Positions 39,596-49,254 of a stretch of DNA of 64,000 nt are shown in pieces. The DNA is from an uncultured candidate division Zixibacteria bacterium (GTDB taxonomy: Bacteria > Zixibacteria > MSB-5A5 > GN15 > FEB-12): NCBI GenBank assembly GCA_963806185.1, contig CAWDXE010000004.1:256001-320000 (forward strand), written 5' to 3'. Numbering within the stretch: the stretch's first letter is position 1; each line of letters opens with the position of its first letter. Position numbers and translations under genes: made by a program. The notes beneath the pieces were generated by a model. The model was not told the origin of the DNA. It worked only from the letters and a program-made list of their open reading frames with translations, and did no database searches.

Positions 39596-40276
39596 ATGAA
39601 ACGATCGGGAATATTGGCCCTTCTAGGCTCATGCCTAATCTGCCTGGCAGGTGTTGCCATCTTGTTCGGTTCGAGTGATGTAACCGGTCAGCCACAGTCC
39701 AGCGTGATCGAGTACTACTGGAATCGGGCCGGGGCCATTTTCCTCGCACAGCATCCCGATTCAGCCGGCTTAACCTACGTGTTGCACGCGACGACGTTCT
39801 ACCGGCACGTCAACAAGCATGGCCTTGTAACCTCAACGGACACAACGCGAGCCGCCTATTATTACAGTTGGGGCAAGCTGGATTCGGCCCGGGTGGTCGG
39901 CAAGGGAGAGGTACCCCTGAACAAGGTCAAGCTGGCTTGGCCCAACATTTTTGAAGGCCGCTATCGACTGAATTTCTACCCCAATGATACCGGTGGGACC
40001 GACTTGGCGATAGGATTCGATACCGATTCGTCCGGTTCGGCCCTCCCCACCGGCATGGTGATCATTAATCGAACGACCTATCAACCCCGATGGCTTTACC
40101 TCTACTATCCGAGCCGTGGCGACTACGAACGGCTCACCAGGTCGTTTCGCTTCGCTCCGCAGGGAAACTTCGTCTTCCCGGATTCCGTGTGGGAGGTGGG
40201 GGCGATTGCCGGCATTTTTACCAATGAGTACTACCGCGTAGAAACCGGCATAACCGGCGTGGAGATAAAGCGGTAG
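39596..40276 (+). CDS. Exported hypothetical protein
   Basis: Signal peptide MKRSGILALLG...; beta-rich; no family recognised. Confidence 0.65.
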   Translation: MKRSGILALLGSCLICLAGVAILFGSSDVTGQPQSSVIEYYWNRAGAIFLAQHPDSAGLTYVLHATTFYRHVNKHGLVTSTDTTRAAYYYSWGKLDSARVVGKGEVPLNKVKLAWPNIFEGRYRLNFYPNDTGGTDLAIGFDTDSSGSALPTGMVIINRTTYQPRWLYLYYPSRGDYERLTRSFRFAPQGNFVFPDSVWEVGAIAGIFTNEYYRVETGITGVEIKR

Positions 40277-40343
40277 CCTCTGTACCGGCCCGGTTCCAAA
40301 AGGCTTGCCAACCACGCTGGGTCAGAATACCTTGAACACCGCT

Positions 40344-41102
40344 ATGAACGTCGCCACCGATCAGATTCTTGAGTCAATCAAGTCCCATCCCGACCGGATA
40401 CCTGCGCATGTCGCCATTATCATGGATGGAAACGGCCGCTGGGCCGCTCAGCGCAATATGCCACGCACGTACGGCCACGAAATGGGCGTGAAGGCGGTCA
40501 AGGAAGTGGTCAAAGCGTCGTCCGAACTGAGTATCAAATACGTCACGCTCTATACGTTTTCCGTGGAGAACTGGAAGCGGCCGGTCGAGGAAGTAAACGC
40601 TCTGATGTCGCTCTTATCGCGGACCACGCGCGACCAACTCGATGAGTTGATGGAAAACGACGTCAAGCTGATCACGACCGGACGGATTGCCGGCCTGCCG
40701 ATGGCTCGACGGATGGTGCTCAACGAGGCAGTCAAGCGGACGCGCGACAACAAGGGGCTGGTCCTCAACCTGGCGCTCAACTACGGAGGGCGGACCGAGA
40801 TTCTTGATGCGGTCAAAGCGATCGCCAATACCGTAAAGGCGGGAATGATCGATCCGTCGGAAATCGACGAGGAGCTGTTCAGCGGCTTTTTGTATACCGC
40901 CAACATTCCCGACCCGGATCTGTTGATCCGTACGTCCGGAGAAATGCGTATCTCCAATTTCCTGCTCTGGCAAACCAGTTACACCGAATTGTATGTCATC
41001 GATACTCTGTGGCCCGATTTCGGCCGCCGCGAGCTCTTCGAAGCGGTGCAGGAATTTCAACGGCGCGAGCGGCGCTTCGGCAAGATATCATCCGAGAGGT
41101 AA
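40344..41102 (+). CDS. uppS: Undecaprenyl diphosphate synthase
   Basis: HVAIIMDGNGRWA, FSVENWKRP, NYGGR, IRTSGEMRISNFLLWQ. Confidence 0.97.
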   Translation: MNVATDQILESIKSHPDRIPAHVAIIMDGNGRWAAQRNMPRTYGHEMGVKAVKEVVKASSELSIKYVTLYTFSVENWKRPVEEVNALMSLLSRTTRDQLDELMENDVKLITTGRIAGLPMARRMVLNEAVKRTRDNKGLVLNLALNYGGRTEILDAVKAIANTVKAGMIDPSEIDEELFSGFLYTANIPDPDLLIRTSGEMRISNFLLWQTSYTELYVIDTLWPDFGRRELFEAVQEFQRRERRFGKISSER

Positions 41103-41108
41103 TTCGCC

Positions 41109-41981
41109 CTGAGTCGCAATCTCATCACTCGTATCATTGTCGCCATCGTGGCGATACCGATCATCCTCTGGCTCTGTTATCAGGGGGGGGTCTGGCTGTT
41201 TGGCCTGGTCTTGCTTTTGGCGATGATCGCGGCCACCGAGTTCCTCCTCAATGAGGGGCACCGACCCAATGCCGTGACGTTCTGGATCGGATTGCTGTTC
41301 ATACTCGTGAGCATGTTGTCCAACAGCCGTGGTCTGTTTCTCGGCACCTTTCTTGGCAATTGGGCCATTGCCATCACCACCGTCGACAGCTTCGTTTCGT
41401 TGTTTGTCATTCTCTTCATTATCACCGGAATGGGATTCGCCATCGGTCAGAAACCGCCGGCCGAGCTATTCGCTTCGCATGCGAGGCTGATGTGGGGCCT
41501 CTTGTATCTCGGTCTGCTGTATCCCTACGTTTACGCGGTGGGAGAAAGCGCCGAGTACCTTACTTCGGGTTCCTCGCTTGGCGGTGACTGGTTGCTCTTC
41601 CTCTTTGGTGTTCTGTGGGTTGGGGACACGGCCGCCATGGGTATCGGTTCGTGGCTGGGCCGGCACAAACTGGCTCCGGGAGTTTCCCCGAACAAGACAG
41701 TGGAGGGATTCATCGGCGGGCTGATCGGCGCGGTACTTGTCGGCATTCTCATGACGTTCTGGCGCTTGAGTGCGATCCCGATCACCGATCTGGTCGCTGT
41801 CGCTCTCGGCTGCTCGCTGTGCGGTCAACTCGGTGACCTGGTGGAGTCGATGTGGAAACGCTCGCTCGGGATCAAGGATTCTTCCGCCCTGATCCCCGGC
41901 CATGGCGGCATGCTGGATCGGTTTGACTCGCTCCTCTTTGCGGCACCCTTTATGTATTTTTACATGGTGGTCTTCCTGTGA
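41109..41981 (+). CDS. cdsA: Phosphatidate cytidylyltransferase
   Basis: SPNKTVEG, GDLVES..KR..GIKDS..IPGHGGMLDRFDS; probable CTG start at 41109 (in-frame GTG at 41148 is the alternative). Confidence 0.92.
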   Translation: MSRNLITRIIVAIVAIPIILWLCYQGGVWLFGLVLLLAMIAATEFLLNEGHRPNAVTFWIGLLFILVSMLSNSRGLFLGTFLGNWAIAITTVDSFVSLFVILFIITGMGFAIGQKPPAELFASHARLMWGLLYLGLLYPYVYAVGESAEYLTSGSSLGGDWLLFLFGVLWVGDTAAMGIGSWLGRHKLAPGVSPNKTVEGFIGGLIGAVLVGILMTFWRLSAIPITDLVAVALGCSLCGQLGDLVESMWKRSLGIKDSSALIPGHGGMLDRFDSLLFAAPFMYFYMVVFL

Positions 41982-42895
41982 TGCGCGTGGCCGACTGGTT
42001 CTTCGCCGCTCGACCGCTCCTGCACATCCCCGGCTGGTCCATCTTCCTGGTCGCCTTGCACTACCACCATCAACTGGCTTTGCAGCACTTCGATTGGCGC
42101 GACGGCGCAATGATCTTCGCCTTAAGCCTGCTGGCGGCGGGTGGTTTCTACCTCAATCAAGTGACCGATCTCGAATCCGACCGGATCAATCGGAAGTGCT
42201 TCTTTCTTCCGTTCGGCATTTTCCAACGAGTGCATTTTGGAGCTGCGTTTGTGGTCTGCTCCGTGGTCGCCATCGGTCTGACCGCAATCACGTCCGCGGT
42301 CGGGCTCTTGATCGCCATCCAACTGTTTGTACTCATGTACCTGTACTCCGCGTATCCGTTCCGTTGGAAAGATCGTATGCTCGGCGGTCTGTTTGTCAAC
42401 GCCTACGGCAACGGGTTTCTGGTCGCCATGGCCGTCATGCCGGAACTGCGCATCGACAACGCTGGCCTTCTGGGCTGGGATAATCCCTTCTATTTCCTGT
42501 TTGCGGTAGGGGGAACCTATGTCCTGACGACTATCCCGGACAGGGAGGGAGACCGGCTCACGGGAAAGGGAACCCTCTCCGTACGACTCGGGCAAAACAC
42601 GTCGCTGCTCGCGGCTGCAGCTCTGTTCCTGTTCGCGGCGCGTGTGGCCTATACCGACGGACGGATGCCTCTGACGGCGATTGCCTTCATCGCCGCCGCG
42701 TTAAGTCTGGTTGCGCTGGTCGTGTCGAGACGAGCCTGGCTCATGCTGGCGATCAAAGCGCCGATTCTCGCTCTTGCGTTGCTGGCGGGGTGGTTCTACC
42801 CGGAGTATCTCGGATTTCTTGTTGTTCTTGTTTTTGCAGCCCGGCTATATTACCGGAAACGATTTGGCATGAGCTACCCGCAGTTGGCCGCATGA
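41978..42895 (+). CDS. UbiA-family prenyltransferase
   Basis: NQVTDLESDRINRK, LYSAYPFRWK, TTIPDREGD; multiple TM helices. Confidence 0.85.
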   Translation: MMRVADWFFAARPLLHIPGWSIFLVALHYHHQLALQHFDWRDGAMIFALSLLAAGGFYLNQVTDLESDRINRKCFFLPFGIFQRVHFGAAFVVCSVVAIGLTAITSAVGLLIAIQLFVLMYLYSAYPFRWKDRMLGGLFVNAYGNGFLVAMAVMPELRIDNAGLLGWDNPFYFLFAVGGTYVLTTIPDREGDRLTGKGTLSVRLGQNTSLLAAAALFLFAARVAYTDGRMPLTAIAFIAAALSLVALVVSRRAWLMLAIKAPILALALLAGWFYPEYLGFLVVLVFAARLYYRKRFGMSYPQLAA

Positions 42896-43452
42896 AGCTA
42901 TTCATAAGCGTCATTTTGACCGCGTCACTATTCGGCTGTACGCCGTATCCGCGCTATGGGGCCGGGGGAGCGCCGAGCGCCAAACCGCTTGCCGACGAAC
43001 AGGCGAGTTTCAAAACCAACGACGTCCTCAAGTTGGGGATGATCATGCAGATGTACCTCGGCAAACCCTACAAGGGTACGTCAAAATTCATCGACGGGGT
43101 CGACTGCTCCCTCTTTACCCAGCAGGTCTTTCGTGAGTTCAACCAGACCAGCCTTCCGCGCACCGCAGCCGAGCAATTTGCCGTTGGCGTAGAAGCCCCT
43201 CGGCGCACCCTTGAATTTGGTGATCTTGTATTTTTCATAACGGAACGCGACAAAGTGTCCCACGTCGGCATCTACATCGGCGCCAACCAGTTCATGCACG
43301 CTACCGACTCATACGGAGTGATCATCAGCTCCCTCAACGAGAATTACTGGGTTAAACGGTTTGTCGGCGCGCGCCGCATACTCGGAGTGAATACCGTGAA
43401 CCCGGATCGGGAGAAACGCGTTAGGACTGGATATGGACGCGCGGATGGCTGA
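42892..43452 (+). CDS. NlpC/P60 lipoprotein (peptidoglycan endopeptidase)
   Basis: Lipobox LFGC; LGKPY, DCS, LPRTA, GDLVFF, HVGIY, FMHA. Confidence 0.92.
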   Translation: MKLFISVILTASLFGCTPYPRYGAGGAPSAKPLADEQASFKTNDVLKLGMIMQMYLGKPYKGTSKFIDGVDCSLFTQQVFREFNQTSLPRTAAEQFAVGVEAPRRTLEFGDLVFFITERDKVSHVGIYIGANQFMHATDSYGVIISSLNENYWVKRFVGARRILGVNTVNPDREKRVRTGYGRADG

Positions 43453-45307
43453 CCTCGAGACTAAGCTGAAAACTCTCCCGGATTCACCCGGTTGCTACAT
43501 CTTCAAAAACGTCTCCGGGAAAATCCTCTACATCGGCAAGGCGAAATCACTCAAAAATCGAGTGCGAAGCTACTTCTCGAATTCGCACCGCGACGCCAAA
43601 ACCGCCCGCCTCGTTCCACAGATTGCCGATTTTGACACGCTTGTCACGAACAACGAAATCGAGTCATTTATTCTCGAAGCCAATCTGATTCATGAATACA
43701 AGCCACGCTACAATATCCAGCTCAAGGATGATAAGCACTTCCCCTATGTGAAAGTCACCACCAATGAGGCCTTTCCGCGCGTCTTGATCGTACGCCGTCT
43801 GGAAAAGGACGGCGCTACCTATTTCGGCCCCTATACGTCGGCCAAGTCCATGCGTCAGGCAGTCGGCTTTCTCACTCGCTTGTTCACCATTCGCACCTGC
43901 AATCTTGCTATACCATCGCCAAGCGGGAAGCCGTACCAGGTCTGTCTCGACTATCACATTAAACGGTGCGGGGGACCTTGTGCTGGATTCCAGTCGCAGG
44001 AGGAATACGGCGAGCTGGTGAAGTCGCTCATGATGGCGCTCAAGGGGCAGTCGAAACAGTTGATCGAACGGCTCACTATCCGCATGAAAGCCGCCTCGGA
44101 GGAGATGAATTTCGAGGAGGCCAAATTCGCCCGCGACCAGATTGAGGCCCTGCGCACGGCGATGGTCAAGCAGAACGTCGATATCGGCGAGCTGGTCGAC
44201 CGGGACATTGTAGCGCTGGCTCGCGAAGGCACCGAAGTCATCGCCGTGGTTATGCAGGTGCGTGACGGTGTGCTGCTGGGTCGCCAGGAATTCCGGCTGC
44301 ATGCGGAAGTTGAAGACCCAGACGAGCAAGTGCTCGAGGGATTCATCGCGCAATACTACAACCACCAGCCAAACCTTCCGTCGGAGATTCTCCTCCCGCG
44401 CGAGTTGCCGGAACCGAAACTGACCGAGGAAATGCTCCGCAAACTGCACGGCGCCAGAATCCGGCTGGTTACACCCCGGATCGGCGAGAAATGGGCGCTG
44501 GTTGATCTGGCCAATACCAACGCTCGGCATGTGCTCGACGAGCTGCTCATTCAGAAGAAGATGCAGTCCGACCGCACCAGCAAAATGGTCACCTCACTGA
44601 AAGATGAACTGCACCTCCCCGAATCGCCCCGCACCATGGTCTGCTTTGACATCTCGAACACGGGGGAGACCGACAGTGTTGGGTCGTGCGTCTATTTCGA
44701 GAACGGAAAGCCGAAGAAGGGGGAGTATCGGCATTTCAAAATCAAAGGCGTGATTGGCCAGGATGATTTCACGATGATGCGCGAAATTGTCGGGCGGTAC
44801 TTCTTTCGACTGAAAGAAGAGAGCAAGGAACCGCCCTACTTGGTGGTGGTCGACGGGGGCAAGGGTCAGTTGTCCGCCGCCCAGGCGGAGTTGCTGAGTC
44901 TTGGCTTTGAAAAACAACAAATCATCTCTCTCGCCAAGCGACTTGAGGAAGTCTATTTGCCGGGGCTGTCCGATCCGATTTCGATTCCCAAAGCTTCACC
45001 CGGGTTGATGTTGCTCAAACGGGTTCGCGACGAAGCTCACCGGTTTGCCATCGAGTACAATCGCAAGGTTCGCACCAAGCGGACCATTCAGTCGGAACTC
45101 GATTCGATTCCCGGTGTGGGACCGGCGAAGCGGTTTGCACTCTTGAAGGAATTTGGCTCAGTGGAGCGGATTCGTCAGGCGAAACCGGAAGATCTGGTGA
45201 AAGTGAAGGGGATTACTGCGAACCTCGCCGCGAGAGTCCTGGCGCATCTTGGCGGCTCGATTTCCCCGTCGGCTGATTCAGTTTCTCAGCCGCCCCCTAC
45301 AGCGTAG
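43445..45307 (+). CDS. uvrC: Excinuclease ABC subunit C
   Basis: GIY-YIG (PGCY...YIGKAK), CFDISN, VDGGKGQL, RDEAHRFA, HhH IPGVG. Confidence 0.97.
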   Translation: MADLETKLKTLPDSPGCYIFKNVSGKILYIGKAKSLKNRVRSYFSNSHRDAKTARLVPQIADFDTLVTNNEIESFILEANLIHEYKPRYNIQLKDDKHFPYVKVTTNEAFPRVLIVRRLEKDGATYFGPYTSAKSMRQAVGFLTRLFTIRTCNLAIPSPSGKPYQVCLDYHIKRCGGPCAGFQSQEEYGELVKSLMMALKGQSKQLIERLTIRMKAASEEMNFEEAKFARDQIEALRTAMVKQNVDIGELVDRDIVALAREGTEVIAVVMQVRDGVLLGRQEFRLHAEVEDPDEQVLEGFIAQYYNHQPNLPSEILLPRELPEPKLTEEMLRKLHGARIRLVTPRIGEKWALVDLANTNARHVLDELLIQKKMQSDRTSKMVTSLKDELHLPESPRTMVCFDISNTGETDSVGSCVYFENGKPKKGEYRHFKIKGVIGQDDFTMMREIVGRYFFRLKEESKEPPYLVVVDGGKGQLSAAQAELLSLGFEKQQIISLAKRLEEVYLPGLSDPISIPKASPGLMLLKRVRDEAHRFAIEYNRKVRTKRTIQSELDSIPGVGPAKRFALLKEFGSVERIRQAKPEDLVKVKGITANLAARVLAHLGGSISPSADSVSQPPPTA

Positions 45308-46808
45308 CCTCAACAAACACCTCTTCCGACTCGGCGTGTCTGCCCGCGTTATCGATCGCCGCCACCATGTATGTGTGCGCCTCGTGATCGTCGCGCATAT
45401 CCTCGTACCTGAACCCCGCCAAATCTGTCTGCGGCGAATGAGGCGTTGACGCATGCATGCGCCCATCGACCAGGATTTCATATCGCTTCAGCGGCTGATC
45501 ACCCGCGATCGCTGTTTGCCAGTTCAGCGAAACGCGCCGTCTGTTTCCCTCGCGTACCTGCACCACTTTCAGGCCTTTTGGCCCAATCATCTGATTGCGC
45601 GGTACCTGAAAATAGTTCGTGCGCCCCTGCTTGACCTCATGAGCGAGGTTTTCGATTTCAAGACGGCGGTAATCACTCGACGGCATATCAATCTGTGCTG
45701 CCCGCAAATCGTATTCGAGCTGGCACCGCTTCGGATCGGTGTCGATCTTGCCTATCCCCACAATGCATATGTCCACTCCGGGGGTAGTCAGCGTATACTC
45801 GATCAACGCCTCCGCCGGCATAGTTCGCGTGCCGGTGTGTTTCACCACTCCGAATTCCGCCTCGGACCAGTTCGCCGGGCGCTCATACATGGCGCCGTTG
45901 GAGAAAACCTTCATTCCGATCACGCCGATCCCCTTGGCCGCCGCCACAGGAACGACATTGTATTGATGATTGAGATAGAGGCGATCATTGGCATTGACCG
46001 CCACCAGCAGCGTGTCGAAAACTCCCTGGCTGTCCCGCTGAATGCAATCCATGAGTACCGGCGACGACCAGTGGCCGGTGAGCCCGATATGCCGGATGAG
46101 CTTCTCTTCCCTGGGATTGAGCCCGGTTCTGTTTGTGCCATCACGAAAGTCGAGCAGTCCAGCGAGGGCGCCGATCTGCTCATCTTTGGGGTCAGGGTTT
46201 TCGAGCCCCTGATATATTGCCTCCACCTCGATATGTTTATCGAGCGAATGCACCTGCACGCAATCGAGATATGCCCCGGCCGGATACCCACCCTGACCGT
46301 CGCCGAACATCAGCGATAACGACCGTTTGACATCGCTCACGGCGGTCGCCTGCGGACCGCCGCTTGACGAATGGGCCACACCGGCGACGCGTGTTCCCTT
46401 GGCGTGACGGATCATCGACTTGGTCGCCACAAACAGGCCGTTTCTGCGCCGTTCGTCATACCCCGGCAAACCGGGAACGACGTTGATCCGACGAAAGGCT
46501 TCACCAAAATGCGCCTGGCTCTTGCCGTAGATATTGGACGTGTCGATGTAATTCACGCCGAGCTCGAGCGCCTTGAGGATGATCTCCACCGGTTGCGCCT
46601 CTTGTGGCGTCCATTGAAGTGAGCCCTGGCCGCCCAGTCCGAGCGTTGTCGCCTGAAAACCGGTGCGCCCGAGTGGACGCGTCAGCGGATCGCTGACCGA
46701 ATATCCACCCAGAGACAAGTAAGGCGCGGCGATCACACCCGCTGTCGCAAGCGAGGCGGTCTTGAGAAAGTCGCGCCGCGTCACAATTTTCATTTTTGGG
46801 GAAGTCAT
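45297..46808 (-). CDS. Tat-signal aldo/keto reductase with C-terminal FN3-like domain
   Basis: TRRDFLK; RPLGRTG; YIDTSNIYG, ATK, QVH; GMKVF; C-terminal VSLNW...YEI...YMVAAIDNAG. Confidence 0.85.
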   Translation of the reverse strand: MTSPKMKIVTRRDFLKTASLATAGVIAAPYLSLGGYSVSDPLTRPLGRTGFQATTLGLGGQGSLQWTPQEAQPVEIILKALELGVNYIDTSNIYGKSQAHFGEAFRRINVVPGLPGYDERRRNGLFVATKSMIRHAKGTRVAGVAHSSSGGPQATAVSDVKRSLSLMFGDGQGGYPAGAYLDCVQVHSLDKHIEVEAIYQGLENPDPKDEQIGALAGLLDFRDGTNRTGLNPREEKLIRHIGLTGHWSSPVLMDCIQRDSQGVFDTLLVAVNANDRLYLNHQYNVVPVAAAKGIGVIGMKVFSNGAMYERPANWSEAEFGVVKHTGTRTMPAEALIEYTLTTPGVDICIVGIGKIDTDPKRCQLEYDLRAAQIDMPSSDYRRLEIENLAHEVKQGRTNYFQVPRNQMIGPKGLKVVQVREGNRRRVSLNWQTAIAGDQPLKRYEILVDGRMHASTPHSPQTDLAGFRYEDMRDDHEAHTYMVAAIDNAGRHAESEEVFVEATL

Positions 46809-46898
46809 ACCGGTATTTTACGGTTGGTGCCTGATTCATGCCAGTGAAAAGCGAAAGTGTTGATTGCCTTGCGCAAACCGCCCGACGTATCTTGGGGC

Positions 46899-48104
46899 AT
46901 GGCTGATATCCCCAAACCGTATACCGTCAGTGCCATCACCCGCATGATCAAGTCCCGGCTGGAGGAATCCTTTCAGGGAGTCTGGGTCGAGGGGGAGGTA
47001 TCCAATTATAAGCTGCATACCTCCGGACATCGGTATTTCGATCTCAAAGACGACAACGCGACAATCCGCTGCACGGTTTGGCGGTCCCAGGGGACGTACC
47101 TGAAATTCGAGCCGGAGAACGGCCAGAAGTTGCTCGCGTTCGGCGACATCTCGGTGTATGAAAAGCAGGGTTCCTACCAGCTCAATTGCCGCAAACTGGT
47201 GCCGGTCGGAGTAGGACCGCTGGAACTGGCCTTTCGTCAGTTGTTTGAGCGGCTCAGCAAGGAAGGACTGTTCGACGACGAGCGGAAGAAGCCGCTGCCG
47301 TTATATCCGCTGCGCATCGGCGTAGTTACCTCGCCCACTGGAGCGGCCGTGCGGGACATCATGCAAATCGCACAGCGACGTAATCACACGGTACAGCTCA
47401 TCCTGTATCCGGCGCAGGTTCAGGGTGATGGCGCCGAGAAGACGATTGCCGCCGGCATTGCCTACTTCAATTCCCGAAACGACATCGATCTCCTCATTGT
47501 CGGGAGGGGCGGAGGTTCAATGGAGGACCTCTGGCCGTTCAACACCGAGATCACGGTGCGTGCGATCGTGGGATCCAGAATCCCGATTATCTCAGCGGTC
47601 GGACATGAGATCGACACTACGCTGGCCGACTATGCCGCCGATCTTCGTGCGCCCACCCCGTCGGCGGCTGCCGAACTGGCGGTTTGGTCCCGGGATGAGT
47701 TTCAGCTCACGCTAAAGAGTATTGTAGCCGACCAGACAGCCTCTCTGAATGCGCTGGTTCGGCAAGCACGGCAGGATTTGACGAGTCTGCTCCGCCGCCC
47801 GGTGTATGTGCGCCCCATGGATTTCGTCAACCAACGCCGGCAGAGCCTCGACATGGAGCTTAGGGTGCTGGAAGCGGCGGGAAAAAACCGTTTTGACCAG
47901 CACAAAAACCGGCTATCTTTAGTTTTGGCCCGCTTGGAGTCGCTGTCGCCGTTGCAGGTTCTGGCGCGTGGCTATTCGGTGACACGGAGTTACGAGGATC
48001 GACGGGTCATTCGCTCCCGGGGACATGTTAAGGAAGGCGACCGCCTGGAGACTATTGTCGAAGACGGCCGAATCATATCACGAGTCGAAAAGACGGAAGA
48101 GTAA
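46899..48104 (+). CDS. xseA: Exodeoxyribonuclease VII large subunit
   Basis: WVEGEVSN..SGHRYF, TSPTGAAVRD, RGGGSMEDLWPFN, SAVGHEID, RAPTPSAAAE. Confidence 0.97.
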   Translation: MADIPKPYTVSAITRMIKSRLEESFQGVWVEGEVSNYKLHTSGHRYFDLKDDNATIRCTVWRSQGTYLKFEPENGQKLLAFGDISVYEKQGSYQLNCRKLVPVGVGPLELAFRQLFERLSKEGLFDDERKKPLPLYPLRIGVVTSPTGAAVRDIMQIAQRRNHTVQLILYPAQVQGDGAEKTIAAGIAYFNSRNDIDLLIVGRGGGSMEDLWPFNTEITVRAIVGSRIPIISAVGHEIDTTLADYAADLRAPTPSAAAELAVWSRDEFQLTLKSIVADQTASLNALVRQARQDLTSLLRRPVYVRPMDFVNQRRQSLDMELRVLEAAGKNRFDQHKNRLSLVLARLESLSPLQVLARGYSVTRSYEDRRVIRSRGHVKEGDRLETIVEDGRIISRVEKTEE

Positions 48105-48106
48105 CT

Positions 48107-48370
48107 ATGACAGCCAGTACATCCACCGCCGGGCAGAAATCGTATAAGGACTATGAGTCCGCTGTGGCCCGACTGGAAGAAATAACCGGCCTGTTGGAGG
48201 CGGGGGAAACCAGCCTCGAAGAGGCCATCAAGCTGTATTCGGAGGGACTGGAGATCGCCCAGTTCTGCGATAAGAAACTCTCTGAAGCCGAGGCCAAGAT
48301 AAAAGTCATCACCGAAAAGAACGGCGTCCTCTCCGAGATGGATTTCGGTGAACGGGAGGAGTCAGACTGA
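48107..48370 (+). CDS. xseB: Exodeoxyribonuclease VII small subunit
   Basis: YESAVARLEEI..LE.GE.SLEEAI.LY.EG. Confidence 0.95.
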   Translation: MTASTSTAGQKSYKDYESAVARLEEITGLLEAGETSLEEAIKLYSEGLEIAQFCDKKLSEAEAKIKVITEKNGVLSEMDFGEREESD

Positions 48371-49254
48371 TGCCGGCGCCAGCGCTCGACGGCCAGGTGT
48401 TCTTCCAAAGCACTCGTCAACTGACTGAAAGCCTTCTGGATCGCTACCTGCCGTCCCCGCAGACTCATCCCCAACTGCTGCACGAAGCCATGCGGTATTC
48501 CGTTCTCGCGGGAGGGAAGAGGTTGCGTCCAAGTCTGGCTCTGGCGTCGTACGAGTACTGTGGTGGAAAGGCGTGCTCAACCGACGACCCGATTCACTTT
48601 GCGATGGCCGGGCTGGAGATTGTTCATACGTACTCGCTTATTCACGATGATTTGCCGTGCATGGACGACGATGATCTTCGTCGCGGAATCCCCACTTGCC
48701 ACAAGAAGTTCGGCGAGGCAATTGCCGTGCTGGCCGGCGACGCCTTACATGTGGTCGCTTTCCAACTGATGGCCCGAACCGGCCGGACCGAATGTGTAAT
48801 GGAGCTGGCTGACGCGGTCGGTACGTCCGGCATGATCGGTGGGCAGATTGCCGATGTTGAGGCCGAAGGGAAACCGGTTAGCCGCGAAGATGTTATCTTT
48901 ATACACACCCGTAAGACCGGAGCTTTGATTCGCGGAAGTGTGCGGATAGGAGCGATCCTGGCAGGTGCGGATGCGCCGAAGCTGGCCCACCTCACGACCT
49001 ATGGTGAGAAGATCGGCCTCGCCTTCCAGATTATCGATGATGTACTGGATGTCGAGGGCGACCAGGAAAAACTGGGTAAGGAGATTGGTTCGGACAGCAA
49101 GAATCAGAAGGCAACCTACCCGGGTGTAGTGGGTATGAAGAAGGCGCGGGAAGATGCGTCACGGCTTATCGACGAAGCGTTGAACTGCTTTGATGCTTAC
49201 GACGACAACGTGCTTAAGTACATGGCCCGGTTTATTGGGCAACGAGAAAGATGA
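48370..49254 (+). CDS. ispA: Farnesyl/geranylgeranyl diphosphate synthase
   Basis: GGKRLRP, FARM YSLIHDDLPCMDDDDLRRG, KTG, SARM FQIIDDVLD. Confidence 0.93.
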   Translation: MPAPALDGQVFFQSTRQLTESLLDRYLPSPQTHPQLLHEAMRYSVLAGGKRLRPSLALASYEYCGGKACSTDDPIHFAMAGLEIVHTYSLIHDDLPCMDDDDLRRGIPTCHKKFGEAIAVLAGDALHVVAFQLMARTGRTECVMELADAVGTSGMIGGQIADVEAEGKPVSREDVIFIHTRKTGALIRGSVRIGAILAGADAPKLAHLTTYGEKIGLAFQIIDDVLDVEGDQEKLGKEIGSDSKNQKATYPGVVGMKKAREDASRLIDEALNCFDAYDDNVLKYMARFIGQRER

